From an uncultured delta proteobacterium (lineage in GTDB: Bacteria > Desulfobacterota > Desulfobacteria > Desulfobacterales > Desulfosalsimonadaceae), in the NCBI GenBank assembly GCA_963826785.1, contig CAWGYD010000001.1, forward strand, positions 672,001 to 736,000: DNA of 64,000 bases, written 5' to 3'. Numbering within the stretch: position 1 is the stretch's first letter; each line of letters starts with the position of its first letter. Below the pieces are notes generated by a model. That model made no database searches, was not told the origin of the DNA, and worked only from the letters and a program-made list of their open reading frames with translations. A program made the translations under genes and the position numbers. Of this stretch, positions 39,524 through 49,040 are shown one piece after another.

Positions 39524-39801
39524 CGGTTCTGGCCCTCTTTCACTAAATTGCCGTTTTTGAGAAAATCCATCTTACGGGGAAATGCCTCCAAATGCAATTT
39601 TGATTTAATGGCAAAAATCAAACCTTGAAGGCTTTGACCGTAATGGTGCCGATGCGCCGGGGTAAAATATTTTGGCGCAAATTTGACCGGACGGATTTTT
39701 AACTTCTTCTAATTGATTCAAAGGGCTTCAGGCCGGCCATACCCGACGGGTTGCGCGACTGTTGATTTAAACTTATCCTTTTTAAAACCGGAAGCTTTTT
39801 C

Positions 39802-40545
39802 ATGGACAACATGTCGCCCAAGATCCATATCGGCACCTCGGGGTGGAGCTATGATCACTGGCGGGTGAATTTCTACCCGGAAGATCTGCCCAAGAGCAGA
39901 TGGCTCGAATATTACACCACGCGGCTAAAGAGCGTGGAGATCAACAGTTCGTTTTATCATCTGCCCAGGGCCACGACCTTCAATGGCTGGCGGAAAAAGG
40001 CGCCGGCAGGATTCGTATTTTCCGTCAAGGCCAGCCGGTTCATCACCCACATGAAAAAGCTCAAGGACCCTGAAGCGCCGGTGGCCGCTTTCCTGTCGCG
40101 TTCAGGCGAACTGGCGGACACGCTTGGCCCCGTCCTGTTTCAGCTGCCGCCGGGATGGAAATTCAATGAGGAACGGCTTGTTCATTTTCTGCGGACACTG
40201 CCCGGGGGGTATGCGTATGCCATGGAGTTTCGAAACGACGGATGGTGGAATGAGCGGGTCAATGAACTTCTGAGGGATCATAACGTCGCTTTCTGCATGT
40301 TTGAGCTGGCCGGGCGGCCGTCGCCTGAAACGGTGACGGCGGATTTCATCTATATCCGGCTGCATGGGCCGGATGGCGCCTATACCGGAAAATACGACGA
40401 TCATTCGCTTTCGGCATGGTCGCAAAAGATAAGGGGATGGGTTGATAACGGTCTTTCAGTTTACTGCTACTTCGACAACGATCAACTCGGATATGCGGCA
40501 TCCGATGCATTGCGGCTCAATGAAATGATATCTACAACCAGCTAA
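39802..40545 (+). CDS. DUF72 domain protein
   Basis: IGTSGWSY, VEINSSFY, FSVKASRFITH, LFQLPP, EFR, YIRLHG and YFDND. Confidence 0.93.
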   Translation: MDNMSPKIHIGTSGWSYDHWRVNFYPEDLPKSRWLEYYTTRLKSVEINSSFYHLPRATTFNGWRKKAPAGFVFSVKASRFITHMKKLKDPEAPVAAFLSRSGELADTLGPVLFQLPPGWKFNEERLVHFLRTLPGGYAYAMEFRNDGWWNERVNELLRDHNVAFCMFELAGRPSPETVTADFIYIRLHGPDGAYTGKYDDHSLSAWSQKIRGWVDNGLSVYCYFDNDQLGYAASDALRLNEMISTTS

Positions 40546-40585
40546 AAGCGTATCGCTAATGTCCAAGCAACCAAAGGAGGTTTTT

Positions 40586-41587
40586 ATGGCAAAAGTGGCA
40601 ATCAATGGATTGGGACGGATCGGCAGGGCCACCCTCAAGGTGATTGTGGACAACCCGGATCTGGAACTGGTGGCCATCAATGATCTGGTGCCGCCCGACA
40701 ACCTGGCCTACATGCTCAGGTTCGACACGGTCTACGGCCGGTACGGAAAAAAAGTGGAACATACGGACAACACCTTAAGCGTGGATGGCAAGGAATACAT
40801 GGTGTTCAACAAGAAGGACCCGGAGGAAATCCCCTGGGGCGAACTTGGAATCGACGTGGTGTTCGAGTGCACGGGGATTTTCACCACCCGGGAGAAGCTC
40901 GAAAAACACATCAAGGCGGGGGCGCGCCACGCCATCCTCTCCGCACCGTCCAAGAGCGACGATATGGATACCGTGGTTCACGGGGTCAACCAGTCGGAGT
41001 CCGGGGCGAAGGTGATCTCCTGCGCCAGCTGCACCACCAACTGCATCACCCCGGTGGTGGAGGTGATGGGCCGCCGGGTGGGCGTCGAAAAAGCCATCAT
41101 GACCACCATCCACGCCTATACGTCCTCCCAGGCCATCGTGGACGGGCCGAACAAGAAATGGCGCCGGGGCCGGGCGGGAGCCGCCAATTTCGTGCCCACC
41201 ACCACCGGCGCGGCCATCGCCACCACCAAGGCCCTGCCCCAGTTCAAGGGGAAATTCGACGGGGTGGCCATCCGCGGGCCCGTTCCGGTGGGTTCCATCG
41301 CCGACCTGGTTTTCATCACCTCCCGCAAGACCACAGTGGAGGAGGTCAACCGGATATTTACGGAGGAGGCACAGTCAGACCGGTACAAGGGGATTATGGG
41401 CGTCTCCGACGATCAGATCGTATCCTCGGATGTGATCGGCGACTCACGGGCCTCCATCGTGGACTTGACCATGACCCAGGTGGTGGACGGTGACGTGGTA
41501 AAGGTCATGAGCTGGTACGACAATGAATGGGGCTACTCCAACCAGATGGTCCGGGAGGCCGTGAACATGGTCAAACGGGTGGGATAA
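40586..41587 (+). CDS. gap: Type I glyceraldehyde-3-phosphate dehydrogenase
   Basis: INGLGRIGR, ECTG, active site ASCTTNC, TTIHAYT and WYDNEWGY. AAGGAGG RBS. Confidence 0.95.
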   Translation: MAKVAINGLGRIGRATLKVIVDNPDLELVAINDLVPPDNLAYMLRFDTVYGRYGKKVEHTDNTLSVDGKEYMVFNKKDPEEIPWGELGIDVVFECTGIFTTREKLEKHIKAGARHAILSAPSKSDDMDTVVHGVNQSESGAKVISCASCTTNCITPVVEVMGRRVGVEKAIMTTIHAYTSSQAIVDGPNKKWRRGRAGAANFVPTTTGAAIATTKALPQFKGKFDGVAIRGPVPVGSIADLVFITSRKTTVEEVNRIFTEEAQSDRYKGIMGVSDDQIVSSDVIGDSRASIVDLTMTQVVDGDVVKVMSWYDNEWGYSNQMVREAVNMVKRVG

Positions 41588-41649
41588 GCGGCGTATCGGT
41601 CCTGGTTTTGCTTTTTGATTTTCGATCCGGAAAAAGCAGGTCCATAAAA

Positions 41650-41689
41650 AAGGCCTGTACACATGCATTCCTGCGCGTGTACAGGCCTT
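41650..41689. terminator. Bidirectional intrinsic terminator between gap and satP
   Basis: 13-bp stem AAGGCCTGTACAC...GTGTACAGGCCTT with an A-run on the left and pyrimidines on the right. Confidence 0.7.
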
Positions 41690-41712
41690 CTTGCGGATGG
41701 ATGGGGTTTAGA

Positions 41713-42318
41713 TCACATCGATTCCTGCTTTTTTCCGGGTCTCAGCCAGGGGTTGCCCACCGGTAGCGTAACGCCGGCTTCGGCAAAAATGCTGACCGCC
41801 ATCAGGTACCAGGCGATCAGGGCACAGACAATCAGATCCCAGGCGGCGAAAGTCCCGGCCGCCTTCATTCCATAAAGCTCTTTGAGATCCAGTCCGATAA
41901 ACCCGATCACGAGCGTTCCGAACAACAGGACGAGGGCGGTGTGATGATAGAAGGTGTTGAGAAACAGGATAATGGTGAAGAATGTCCAGACCAGCAGATA
42001 CATTCCGAGTTGGTGCGCATCGAACGCAAGCGTTGGAAAGGCTTTGACCACTTCGGCGTTATTCCCGAAGATCACGAATAGACAAAGAGATATCCAGAAA
42101 GCGCCGTAGGCCGTAAAGGCGCAGAAGCCGAAATTGTTTCCGGTTTTGAACTCCAGCAGGCCCGCAATCAATTGGGCGGTCCCCCCGAAAGCCAAACCGA
42201 TCCACAATACAGGGGCAAGGCCGCACCATCCGAGATTATGAAACTGCAAGATCAGTGTTGTCATGCCGAAACCGCCAAGGCCTACAACTGCAGGATTGCC
42301 TATTTTCATTTCTGCCAT
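41713..42318 (-). CDS. satP: Acetate uptake transporter (GPR1/FUN34/YaaH family)
   Basis: Signature GNPAVVGLGGFGMTT, FGGTAQLIAG and AFTAYGAFW; six TM segments. Confidence 0.9.
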   Translation of the reverse strand: MAEMKIGNPAVVGLGGFGMTTLILQFHNLGWCGLAPVLWIGLAFGGTAQLIAGLLEFKTGNNFGFCAFTAYGAFWISLCLFVIFGNNAEVVKAFPTLAFDAHQLGMYLLVWTFFTIILFLNTFYHHTALVLLFGTLVIGFIGLDLKELYGMKAAGTFAAWDLIVCALIAWYLMAVSIFAEAGVTLPVGNPWLRPGKKQESM

Positions 42319-43019
42319 TTTGTTCGCCCTCTCTTGAATGTTTTTTTGTGATAATCCATTTCGACTGAGGAGAATAAGATCCCCACTCCTTTTGATTTTC
42401 ATTAAAACATCGTTATAGAAAAAAGACGTTGCATTTTGTTTACGGCGGACACACCCGGTTTCACCTTTTTTCTAAACTATCTTTCTTTGCCGTCACCTCC
42501 ATTCTTTGCTCATCTTTTTGTTTCTTTAAAAATGCACCGCACCCTTGCCGAATTCACTATTTTGAAAATCTTTAAACGGCTTAAAATGATCGACGCTAAG
42601 AATCCGTAATGCCCAAGCCCACTCTTGTTGGGCAGACGCAGCTTCGTTGCGGAAAAACCATGAAGAGCGCTTCCCGGATTTTTCAATGGCCTGCCGTTTA
42701 ATGAACAGCGGAGAACCGCCCGGGTGGACAACGGGCGGGTAAGAATTCCTGAGGGAATAGAAAGACCGGGGTGGTTGAATGGACAAACGAATCCTGTCTT
42801 GTCGGATAGAAAATCGTACACGAGAATGCTGGACATGTTCTGCTGTGAACATTGATCACGAATCAAATTTCAGATCAGCATAAAAAAAGCATTATCTCTT
42901 TATGATCGGGATTTAGCTTCGTGAACTATTATATAACACGAAAAATTTAAAAGTGCAATTTTTTTGAGCGGCACATCAGTGCATTGAAAAAGGATAAGAA
43001 CCGCCGACGATTTGAAAAA

Positions 43020-45584
43020 TCACCTGCGCCGCTTTCTTCGGGAGATGCCGGAAATCAGGTCCCCCAGGTCCACCAGGATCGGGGGGAGGGCCAGGCTGCC
43101 GGGAGAGGCGAGATACTTGTCGAACCAAACCGGGGAGAACCGGTTTTTATAATGCCGCACCTCCGAAAAGGATGAAAAATGTTCGCCCAGCCGGACCGCG
43201 GAGACCCCCGCCCGCTGCCACAAGGGGTCGAGCACTTTGCCCTGAGCGCCGGCAGCCGGTGTCATTCCGAGGCTGAACCATCCATATCCCATCCGCCGGG
43301 ACCATAAGATAGCGGAGATCAGCATGAAATCAAGCATGCCGTCGGGCGCTTCGGATAGATATCGGACCAGGTCGATGGACATTTCTTCATTGCCGGTGCC
43401 CTGCCACAGATTGGCAAAGGCCACCGGCTTATCACCAGAGCGGACCAGTGCGATGGGAAACGGCGTCAGATCGTCCGGTGTGGATGATCCCCTGGAAAAC
43501 CGGGATTCCCGCTGCGGCCCGGATTCGAACCAGGCGTCCGATATGGGGCGCAGGATCGAAAGCAGGTCTTTGGTCTGTTCCGGCGGAAAAACTTCAAACG
43601 AATAGCCCATCGCCTTGATGCTTTCGTAGGATTCCCGCAGCGGTTTTTTGGCATCGCCCGCCAGGGAGAAGTCGGAAAGCCGGACCCGGGCCTCATGCCC
43701 CAGCTTGACCAGTGAAAGCCCCAGATCCAGATAGATGGGGAGGCAGGCGGTATCGGCCATGTAAAAGACCGGCCAGCCGTCGGTCTGCCCCGAAGCCTCA
43801 CTGAAGTGTCTGGCCAGGCCGATTTTTTCCTTCATCGGACCCACCGGATCACCCATGGCGATCCAGCTTCTTCCCTGGACGGCATACATGATGAAAGCGG
43901 AAACGGCCTCGTTCACCATAAAACGCGCACTACCGGTCAGGGCGAGGTTGGCATAGGTCGTGGGCGAGCTGCTGACAATGGGGGCAATCACGGACCGGTC
44001 GTCGGTCTCTGTAAAAGTCGGCCGGGGTGCGGCCGGGCGGCGGAAGCGCAGCACCGAGATGACCACTGTCAGGATAAGCACCGCCACCGTGGTGCGCATG
44101 AACCGGGGGGCATTGGCCCCAAAGGAGAAGTCCCACCACAGGGCATTGGTATAGTCGACGTTCTTGTAGGTAAACAGCCCCAGCCAGACCGAACCGATCA
44201 GCACGATCAGGATCGTGGCAATCCACCCGGCGTTGACATTCAAGTGTCTCAGGGGGGCCTTTCGGGAAAACTGGCCCCAGCCGGGAATCAGGGCCACCAG
44301 GATGATGGCCAGCAGAATGGCCTCCACATAATCGAGGCCTTTGAGCAGGGAGGCGGCAATTCCCGCCATAAGGGTCAGCACGGACAGCAGATAGGCGGCC
44401 CCGATCTGAAGCTGCAGCCCCCGGGCGAGCAGGAGAAGGCTCAGCCCGGCAATGCCGGCGGCCAGGTGTGAAAGTTCGATCACCGGCAGGGGGAGCAGTT
44501 TCTCCAGCACCTGCATTCTTCCCGGAACGGGGGGGATGGCCGAAGACAGCAGCAGGATGACACCGCCCATGAAGACGGCGTAACTCATCAGGGTTGAGAC
44601 GGAAGCGGCAATCCATTGATTGTAGAACTCTTCCGCAAACCGGCCCAGCAGGTTTCTTTTGGCCAGTATTTCTTCGGCGCCCAGCAGGATGGTGGCGGCC
44701 ACCAGGGGGATCAGGTAGTAAATGGCCCGATAGGCCAGCAGGGAGATGATCAGCTCGTCGGGGGACACATAGGGGCGGAGCAGGAGCATCATCAGGGTTT
44801 CAAAAACCCCCAGCCCGCCGGGAATCTGGCTGGCGAACCCGGCCAGTTGGGCCAGAAGGAAGATCCCGATGAATTCGGGATAGGAAATACCGGCAGAGGC
44901 GGGGAGCAACACATAGAGAATGCCGGCACCGATCGCCCAGTCCACCACCGAAAGCGCGATCTGCAGCGAAAAGAGCCGGGGCCCGGGAATTTCGATCTCC
45001 CAGTCCCGGATGGTGACCGGTCGGGTCCTGAGCAGCGTCAATGCGTAGGCCGCCCCCACCAGACCCAGCAGAAACAGGCCCACGGGAAAGGTGGAGGCGA
45101 CGGGAAGATAAAAGCCCGTGGGAAGTGCAACCGGCCGGATCACAAACACCAGTCCGGACAGGGAGAGGAACCCGACCCACACCGTGATGGTGCAGAACCC
45201 GATGACCTTTGCGATGTCAAACGCCGACAGACCCCATCCCGAGTAGAGCCGGAAGCGCACCGAGGCCCCGGCGATCATGGAAAAGCCGATGTTGTTGGAA
45301 AAGGCGTATCCGATAAACGAGGCGGCCTGGATTTTGCGGTAGGGCAGGGGCATCCGGATGAATCTCAAGGCCAGAAAGTCGTATCCGGTCATGATCAGGT
45401 AATTGACCATAGTAATCACCAGCGCGGCGGAGAATTTCCAGTAGGAGAGGGTCCGCCAGTTGGTCAGCAGGGTCTTGAACTGGTACTGGTGCAGTTCCCG
45501 GCGGAGCACGTAAAGTGCGGCGGTGAACAGGAAGAGCCCCACGATCGGGCCGATCAGCTGTTTACCGAGGTGCTTGATATTCAA
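43020..45584 (-). CDS. mprF: MprF-like aminoacyl-phosphatidylglycerol flippase/synthase
   Basis: TGYD, AFSNNIG, RFRLY, SQIPGGLGVFE, YRAIYYLIP, IELSH, KGLDY, WWDF, GDPVG and a C-terminal GNAT-like domain. Confidence 0.88.
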   Translation of the reverse strand: MNIKHLGKQLIGPIVGLFLFTAALYVLRRELHQYQFKTLLTNWRTLSYWKFSAALVITMVNYLIMTGYDFLALRFIRMPLPYRKIQAASFIGYAFSNNIGFSMIAGASVRFRLYSGWGLSAFDIAKVIGFCTITVWVGFLSLSGLVFVIRPVALPTGFYLPVASTFPVGLFLLGLVGAAYALTLLRTRPVTIRDWEIEIPGPRLFSLQIALSVVDWAIGAGILYVLLPASAGISYPEFIGIFLLAQLAGFASQIPGGLGVFETLMMLLLRPYVSPDELIISLLAYRAIYYLIPLVAATILLGAEEILAKRNLLGRFAEEFYNQWIAASVSTLMSYAVFMGGVILLLSSAIPPVPGRMQVLEKLLPLPVIELSHLAAGIAGLSLLLLARGLQLQIGAAYLLSVLTLMAGIAASLLKGLDYVEAILLAIILVALIPGWGQFSRKAPLRHLNVNAGWIATILIVLIGSVWLGLFTYKNVDYTNALWWDFSFGANAPRFMRTTVAVLILTVVISVLRFRRPAAPRPTFTETDDRSVIAPIVSSSPTTYANLALTGSARFMVNEAVSAFIMYAVQGRSWIAMGDPVGPMKEKIGLARHFSEASGQTDGWPVFYMADTACLPIYLDLGLSLVKLGHEARVRLSDFSLAGDAKKPLRESYESIKAMGYSFEVFPPEQTKDLLSILRPISDAWFESGPQRESRFSRGSSTPDDLTPFPIALVRSGDKPVAFANLWQGTGNEEMSIDLVRYLSEAPDGMLDFMLISAILWSRRMGYGWFSLGMTPAAGAQGKVLDPLWQRAGVSAVRLGEHFSSFSEVRHYKNRFSPVWFDKYLASPGSLALPPILVDLGDLISGISRRKRRR

Positions 45585-45621
45585 GGGCGATCCCCCGAAA
45601 TGGATTTCAGACGGCTATGGT

Positions 45622-46659
45622 TTATGCCAGGTGCGCGCCGATTTTTTGTTGGGCCGATCCGGCTTCATCGATGATGCGGGTGATGAGTTCGGCCACGCCG
45701 GGCGTGTCGTGAACGATTCCGGTCACCTGTCCCAGCAGGAGCACGCCCTGTTTTACATTCCCCTCTTCCAGGCAGCGCTGGACCGGGCGGTAGGCATTGG
45801 CCATGCGCGCCAACTGCTTGGATCGCTTCCAGCCGGACAGCAGGATGGCAGCAGCCATTTTCCACCAGGGAAATCCGAAAGCCGCAGCCGCTTCCCGGGA
45901 CGTAAACAGAGCCCGAAACAGGTAAAACCGGTCCCGGATCAGCCGGTCGGCTCCCTTCGATATCATAATTCGGCAGGGAAGCCCGTCAAATTTATCCGTA
46001 TACAAGGTATGATGGGCGGTTCTTTCCACGCTGAACTGTTTGGCTGCCGCGTGCACCGGGCTTTCCGCGGTATTCATGAACCGGGTGCCCATGGCGATCC
46101 CTTCGGCGCCCAGGGCCAATGCCGCCGCCAGCCCCCGGCCGTCCCCGAAACCGCCTGCGGCGATCACCGGGATATCAACGGCATCGGCAATGCTGGGGAC
46201 CAAAACCAGAGAGGTGACCTCTCCGCCATGGGCGGCGGCTTCATGCCCGGTGACGATCAGGGCGTCGGCGCCGTCCCGGCTTGCGGCCAGGGCATGTTTG
46301 AGGGTCACCACCGTAGCGATCACTTTTCCGCCGTAGGCATGGACCGCCCTGGCGATCCGGTCCCCTTTCCCTAAAGCGTAATTGACCACCGGCACTTTTT
46401 TTTCAAACAGGATTTCGGCTTTTTTTTCCGCACCCGGCAGCAGAAGCGGCACGTTGGCGCCAAAAGGCCTGTCGGTCAGGGACCGAACCCGGTCGATGGC
46501 CGTTGCGGTCTGGTCAAAATTCAGATTGGCCGTGGCCACGATCCCCAGTCCCCCGGCATTGGAGACCGCAGCCGCCAGTTCCGGCGTACTCACGCCGGTC
46601 ATGCCCGAGCAGATGAGGGGATATCGAATATTGAATAATTCGGTGATGCGGGTCTTCAT
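45622..46659 (-). CDS. Nitronate monooxygenase / FabK-like flavin oxidoreductase
   Basis: MKTRITELF, AAAVSNAGGLG, TDRPFGAN, GHEAAAHGG, AAGGFGDGRG and MGTRF. Confidence 0.9.
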   Translation of the reverse strand: MKTRITELFNIRYPLICSGMTGVSTPELAAAVSNAGGLGIVATANLNFDQTATAIDRVRSLTDRPFGANVPLLLPGAEKKAEILFEKKVPVVNYALGKGDRIARAVHAYGGKVIATVVTLKHALAASRDGADALIVTGHEAAAHGGEVTSLVLVPSIADAVDIPVIAAGGFGDGRGLAAALALGAEGIAMGTRFMNTAESPVHAAAKQFSVERTAHHTLYTDKFDGLPCRIMISKGADRLIRDRFYLFRALFTSREAAAAFGFPWWKMAAAILLSGWKRSKQLARMANAYRPVQRCLEEGNVKQGVLLLGQVTGIVHDTPGVAELITRIIDEAGSAQQKIGAHLA

Positions 46660-46791
46660 CTTCGCCTCCGGATGCGTTTGAGTTGCCCTCCTGTATACCA
46701 TACATGCATGTGGATGTTCATTATCTTTTTATGATATAACCATCGACACTTGGACGCCAGATCACTATAGTTAATTTCTGGGAGTATTCAT

Positions 46792-47772
46792 ATGAAAGCC
46801 GCATATTTTAAAAACAGGCAGATTTCGATTGTAGACGTCCCCGTGCCATTGGTTTCGGATTCAGATGCGCTGGTCCAGGTCGCGCTGGCCGGGATCTGTT
46901 CCACTGATATCGAACTGCTTCAGGGGTATTCCGGGTTCGAGGGAATTCCCGGTCATGAATTTGTCGGTGTGGTCCGCGAGTCTCCGGGGTCTGTTGACCT
47001 GGTGGGCAGGCGGGTGACGGCAGACATCAATGTCGGCTGCGGCCAGTGCGGCGCCTGCCGGGCAAATCATCCATATCACTGCCCGTATCGGCGCGTGATC
47101 GGCATCCGCGGCATCGAGGGCGCTTTTGCACAATATCTGTTAGTCCCGGCGGCCAACCTGCATGAAGTCCCTGACGAAGTCGACTCCATCGAGGCGGTCT
47201 TTTCAGAACCGCTGGCCGCGGCCCTCAGGATTGCCGATCAGGTCCACATCCGGAGCCATGATCGGGTGGCCATCCTGGGCGACGGGAAAATGGGGCTTCT
47301 TACCGCCCTGGCATTGAAGCATTATGGCGCCCAGATCGTTTTGATCGGAAAATATCCGGAGAAGCTCGCCATCGCACAGAATCAGGGGATCGCCGTCTTT
47401 AAGGTGGATCCGGCGCTCCTGTTTTCCGATACCGTGGCGGCACTTGAAAAATTTGATATCGTGGTGGAGGCGACGGGCAGCCCGGCGGGCATCAATCATG
47501 CCCTGCACCTTGTCCGCCCCCAGGGCACCGTGATTCTCAAGACCACATCCCATGAACCGTCAAATGTGAATGTTGCCGATGCGGTGGTCAATGAACTGAC
47601 CCTGCTGGGTTCCCGGTGCGGAAACATCGGTTTTGCCCTGCAATTCTTGAAACAAAAACGGATTGACGTGCTGCCGCTGGTGGAGTCCGTTTATCCTTTT
47701 TCCGATTTCATCGATGCGTTCAACCATGCCCGGGAAAAGGGGAGCCGGAAAGTGCTGGTGGCCTTTGAATGA
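46792..47772 (+). CDS. Zinc-dependent alcohol dehydrogenase (MDR family)
   Basis: AGICSTD, GHEFVG, structural Zn site CGQCGAC...C, EPLAA and GDGKMG. Confidence 0.92.
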   Translation: MKAAYFKNRQISIVDVPVPLVSDSDALVQVALAGICSTDIELLQGYSGFEGIPGHEFVGVVRESPGSVDLVGRRVTADINVGCGQCGACRANHPYHCPYRRVIGIRGIEGAFAQYLLVPAANLHEVPDEVDSIEAVFSEPLAAALRIADQVHIRSHDRVAILGDGKMGLLTALALKHYGAQIVLIGKYPEKLAIAQNQGIAVFKVDPALLFSDTVAALEKFDIVVEATGSPAGINHALHLVRPQGTVILKTTSHEPSNVNVADAVVNELTLLGSRCGNIGFALQFLKQKRIDVLPLVESVYPFSDFIDAFNHAREKGSRKVLVAFE

Positions 47773-47911
47773 AAACGGGACAACAATGCATTTTCAACAT
47801 TTTTCACGCCGGGATAAGTGGGCGCGATTTGACATTTCCTGTGATAAAATCTTGTTTGAACTATTATTGCGCGTTTTCCGTTTATCCCGGAAAACCCTGA
47901 AGGGAGTTCCC

Positions 47912-48370
47912 ATGATAAGAGATTTACGGGTGGCCACCTGTGTCGGCATTTTCGTGTTGGGTTTCGGCTGCAGTGCCGGCGACACCGGCATCCAGGGTGG
48001 CACGCTCAAACCCTGCCCGGACTCGCCCAACTGCGTTTCGTCATACGCCACTGACAAGAAGCATGCGATTTCCCCCATCGAGTATGCCACCTCGCGTCAA
48101 ACCGCCAGCGCGGCCCTTATATCGGTGCTCGACGGCATGAAGCGGTGCCGGGTGATCGCCCGGGACGACCGGTATGTTCATGCGGAATTTCGCTCCCGCC
48201 TGTTCCGGTTTGTCGATGATGTGGAATTTTACTTTGATGAAAACAAGCCGGTGATTCAGGTGCGCTCCGCCTCCCGGGTGGGCTATTCGGATTTCGGGGT
48301 CAACCGCAAGCGGATCGAAACCATCCGCAACCGGTTCTATGATGAAATTCTTCATATGCACGAGAAATAA
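47912..48370 (+). CDS. DUF1499 domain lipoprotein
   Basis: Lipobox-like GFGC; LKPCPDSPNCVSS, FRFVDDVEF and RSASRVGYSDFGVNRKR. Confidence 0.9.
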   Translation: MIRDLRVATCVGIFVLGFGCSAGDTGIQGGTLKPCPDSPNCVSSYATDKKHAISPIEYATSRQTASAALISVLDGMKRCRVIARDDRYVHAEFRSRLFRFVDDVEFYFDENKPVIQVRSASRVGYSDFGVNRKRIETIRNRFYDEILHMHEK

Positions 48371-48388
48371 CGGGAGACCAGCGGCAAA

Positions 48389-48808
48389 ATGAAAGATGAA
48401 ACCCCCTTCAAGGGGCTGGGCCGATACGTCCGGAAGAGAAATGCCGGCCTGGCATTGGAGCCGGGCGCCGGGCCGGGACCGGCAAGGGACTATGTCCATC
48501 CGGAATTAAATCAGCCGGTGACGGCCATCGGCGGTCAGTATTTGCTTTTAAGCGAAAAGCGGATGGCCTATGGGGACAGGGAGGTGTTTTACCTGATGGG
48601 AACGGCCGTCATCGACACCTCCTGCTGCGGCGCCGGCGGCTGTTTCTATGCCCTGGTGCCGGGATTCATCGACCAGTGGAAATACCGGGCCGACCCGGCC
48701 GGCCGGCCGGTCTCCCGGGTCATTCCCATTGAAAACCCCCGGGTGAGGGAAGAAATTACATCCCGGATCTCCAGGATTGAAACCGTTCATCAGTTCAATT
48801 TTCTGTAA
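48389..48808 (+). CDS. Hypothetical protein with a DTSCCGxGGC motif
   Basis: 139-aa ORF 18 nt after the DUF1499 gene, with a GGGAG RBS. Confidence 0.7.
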   Translation: MKDETPFKGLGRYVRKRNAGLALEPGAGPGPARDYVHPELNQPVTAIGGQYLLLSEKRMAYGDREVFYLMGTAVIDTSCCGAGGCFYALVPGFIDQWKYRADPAGRPVSRVIPIENPRVREEITSRISRIETVHQFNFL

Positions 48809-49040
48809 AACCCGTCTCCAAACCCTCTCCTTCCCGGCCGTGTAAAATGCTTTTTGCGCTTCCAGCAAATTCGTCATCTTCGCTTTTCTTACCGGTGTTT
48901 TGCCGAATCCAGATCATATGGTCGGCATGAAAAATTGATTCCGCCCTTTTGGATTTTGTCTTGCCAATTCTCATGCAGTGACATATATGCTCATCTTTCT
49001 ATGATCCGTTCCATAACGTCGGGAAAAAGGAAAATGAGCG

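Noticed and set aside
39673..39688. TGGCGC...TTGA as a sigma54 promoter
   Set aside because: It lacks the required GG-N10-GC spacing and the -12 GC.
42510..42866. Two overlapping ~110-aa minus-strand ORFs upstream of satP
   Set aside because: They have no family motifs, no clear RBS and atypical composition, so I treated the region as non-coding.
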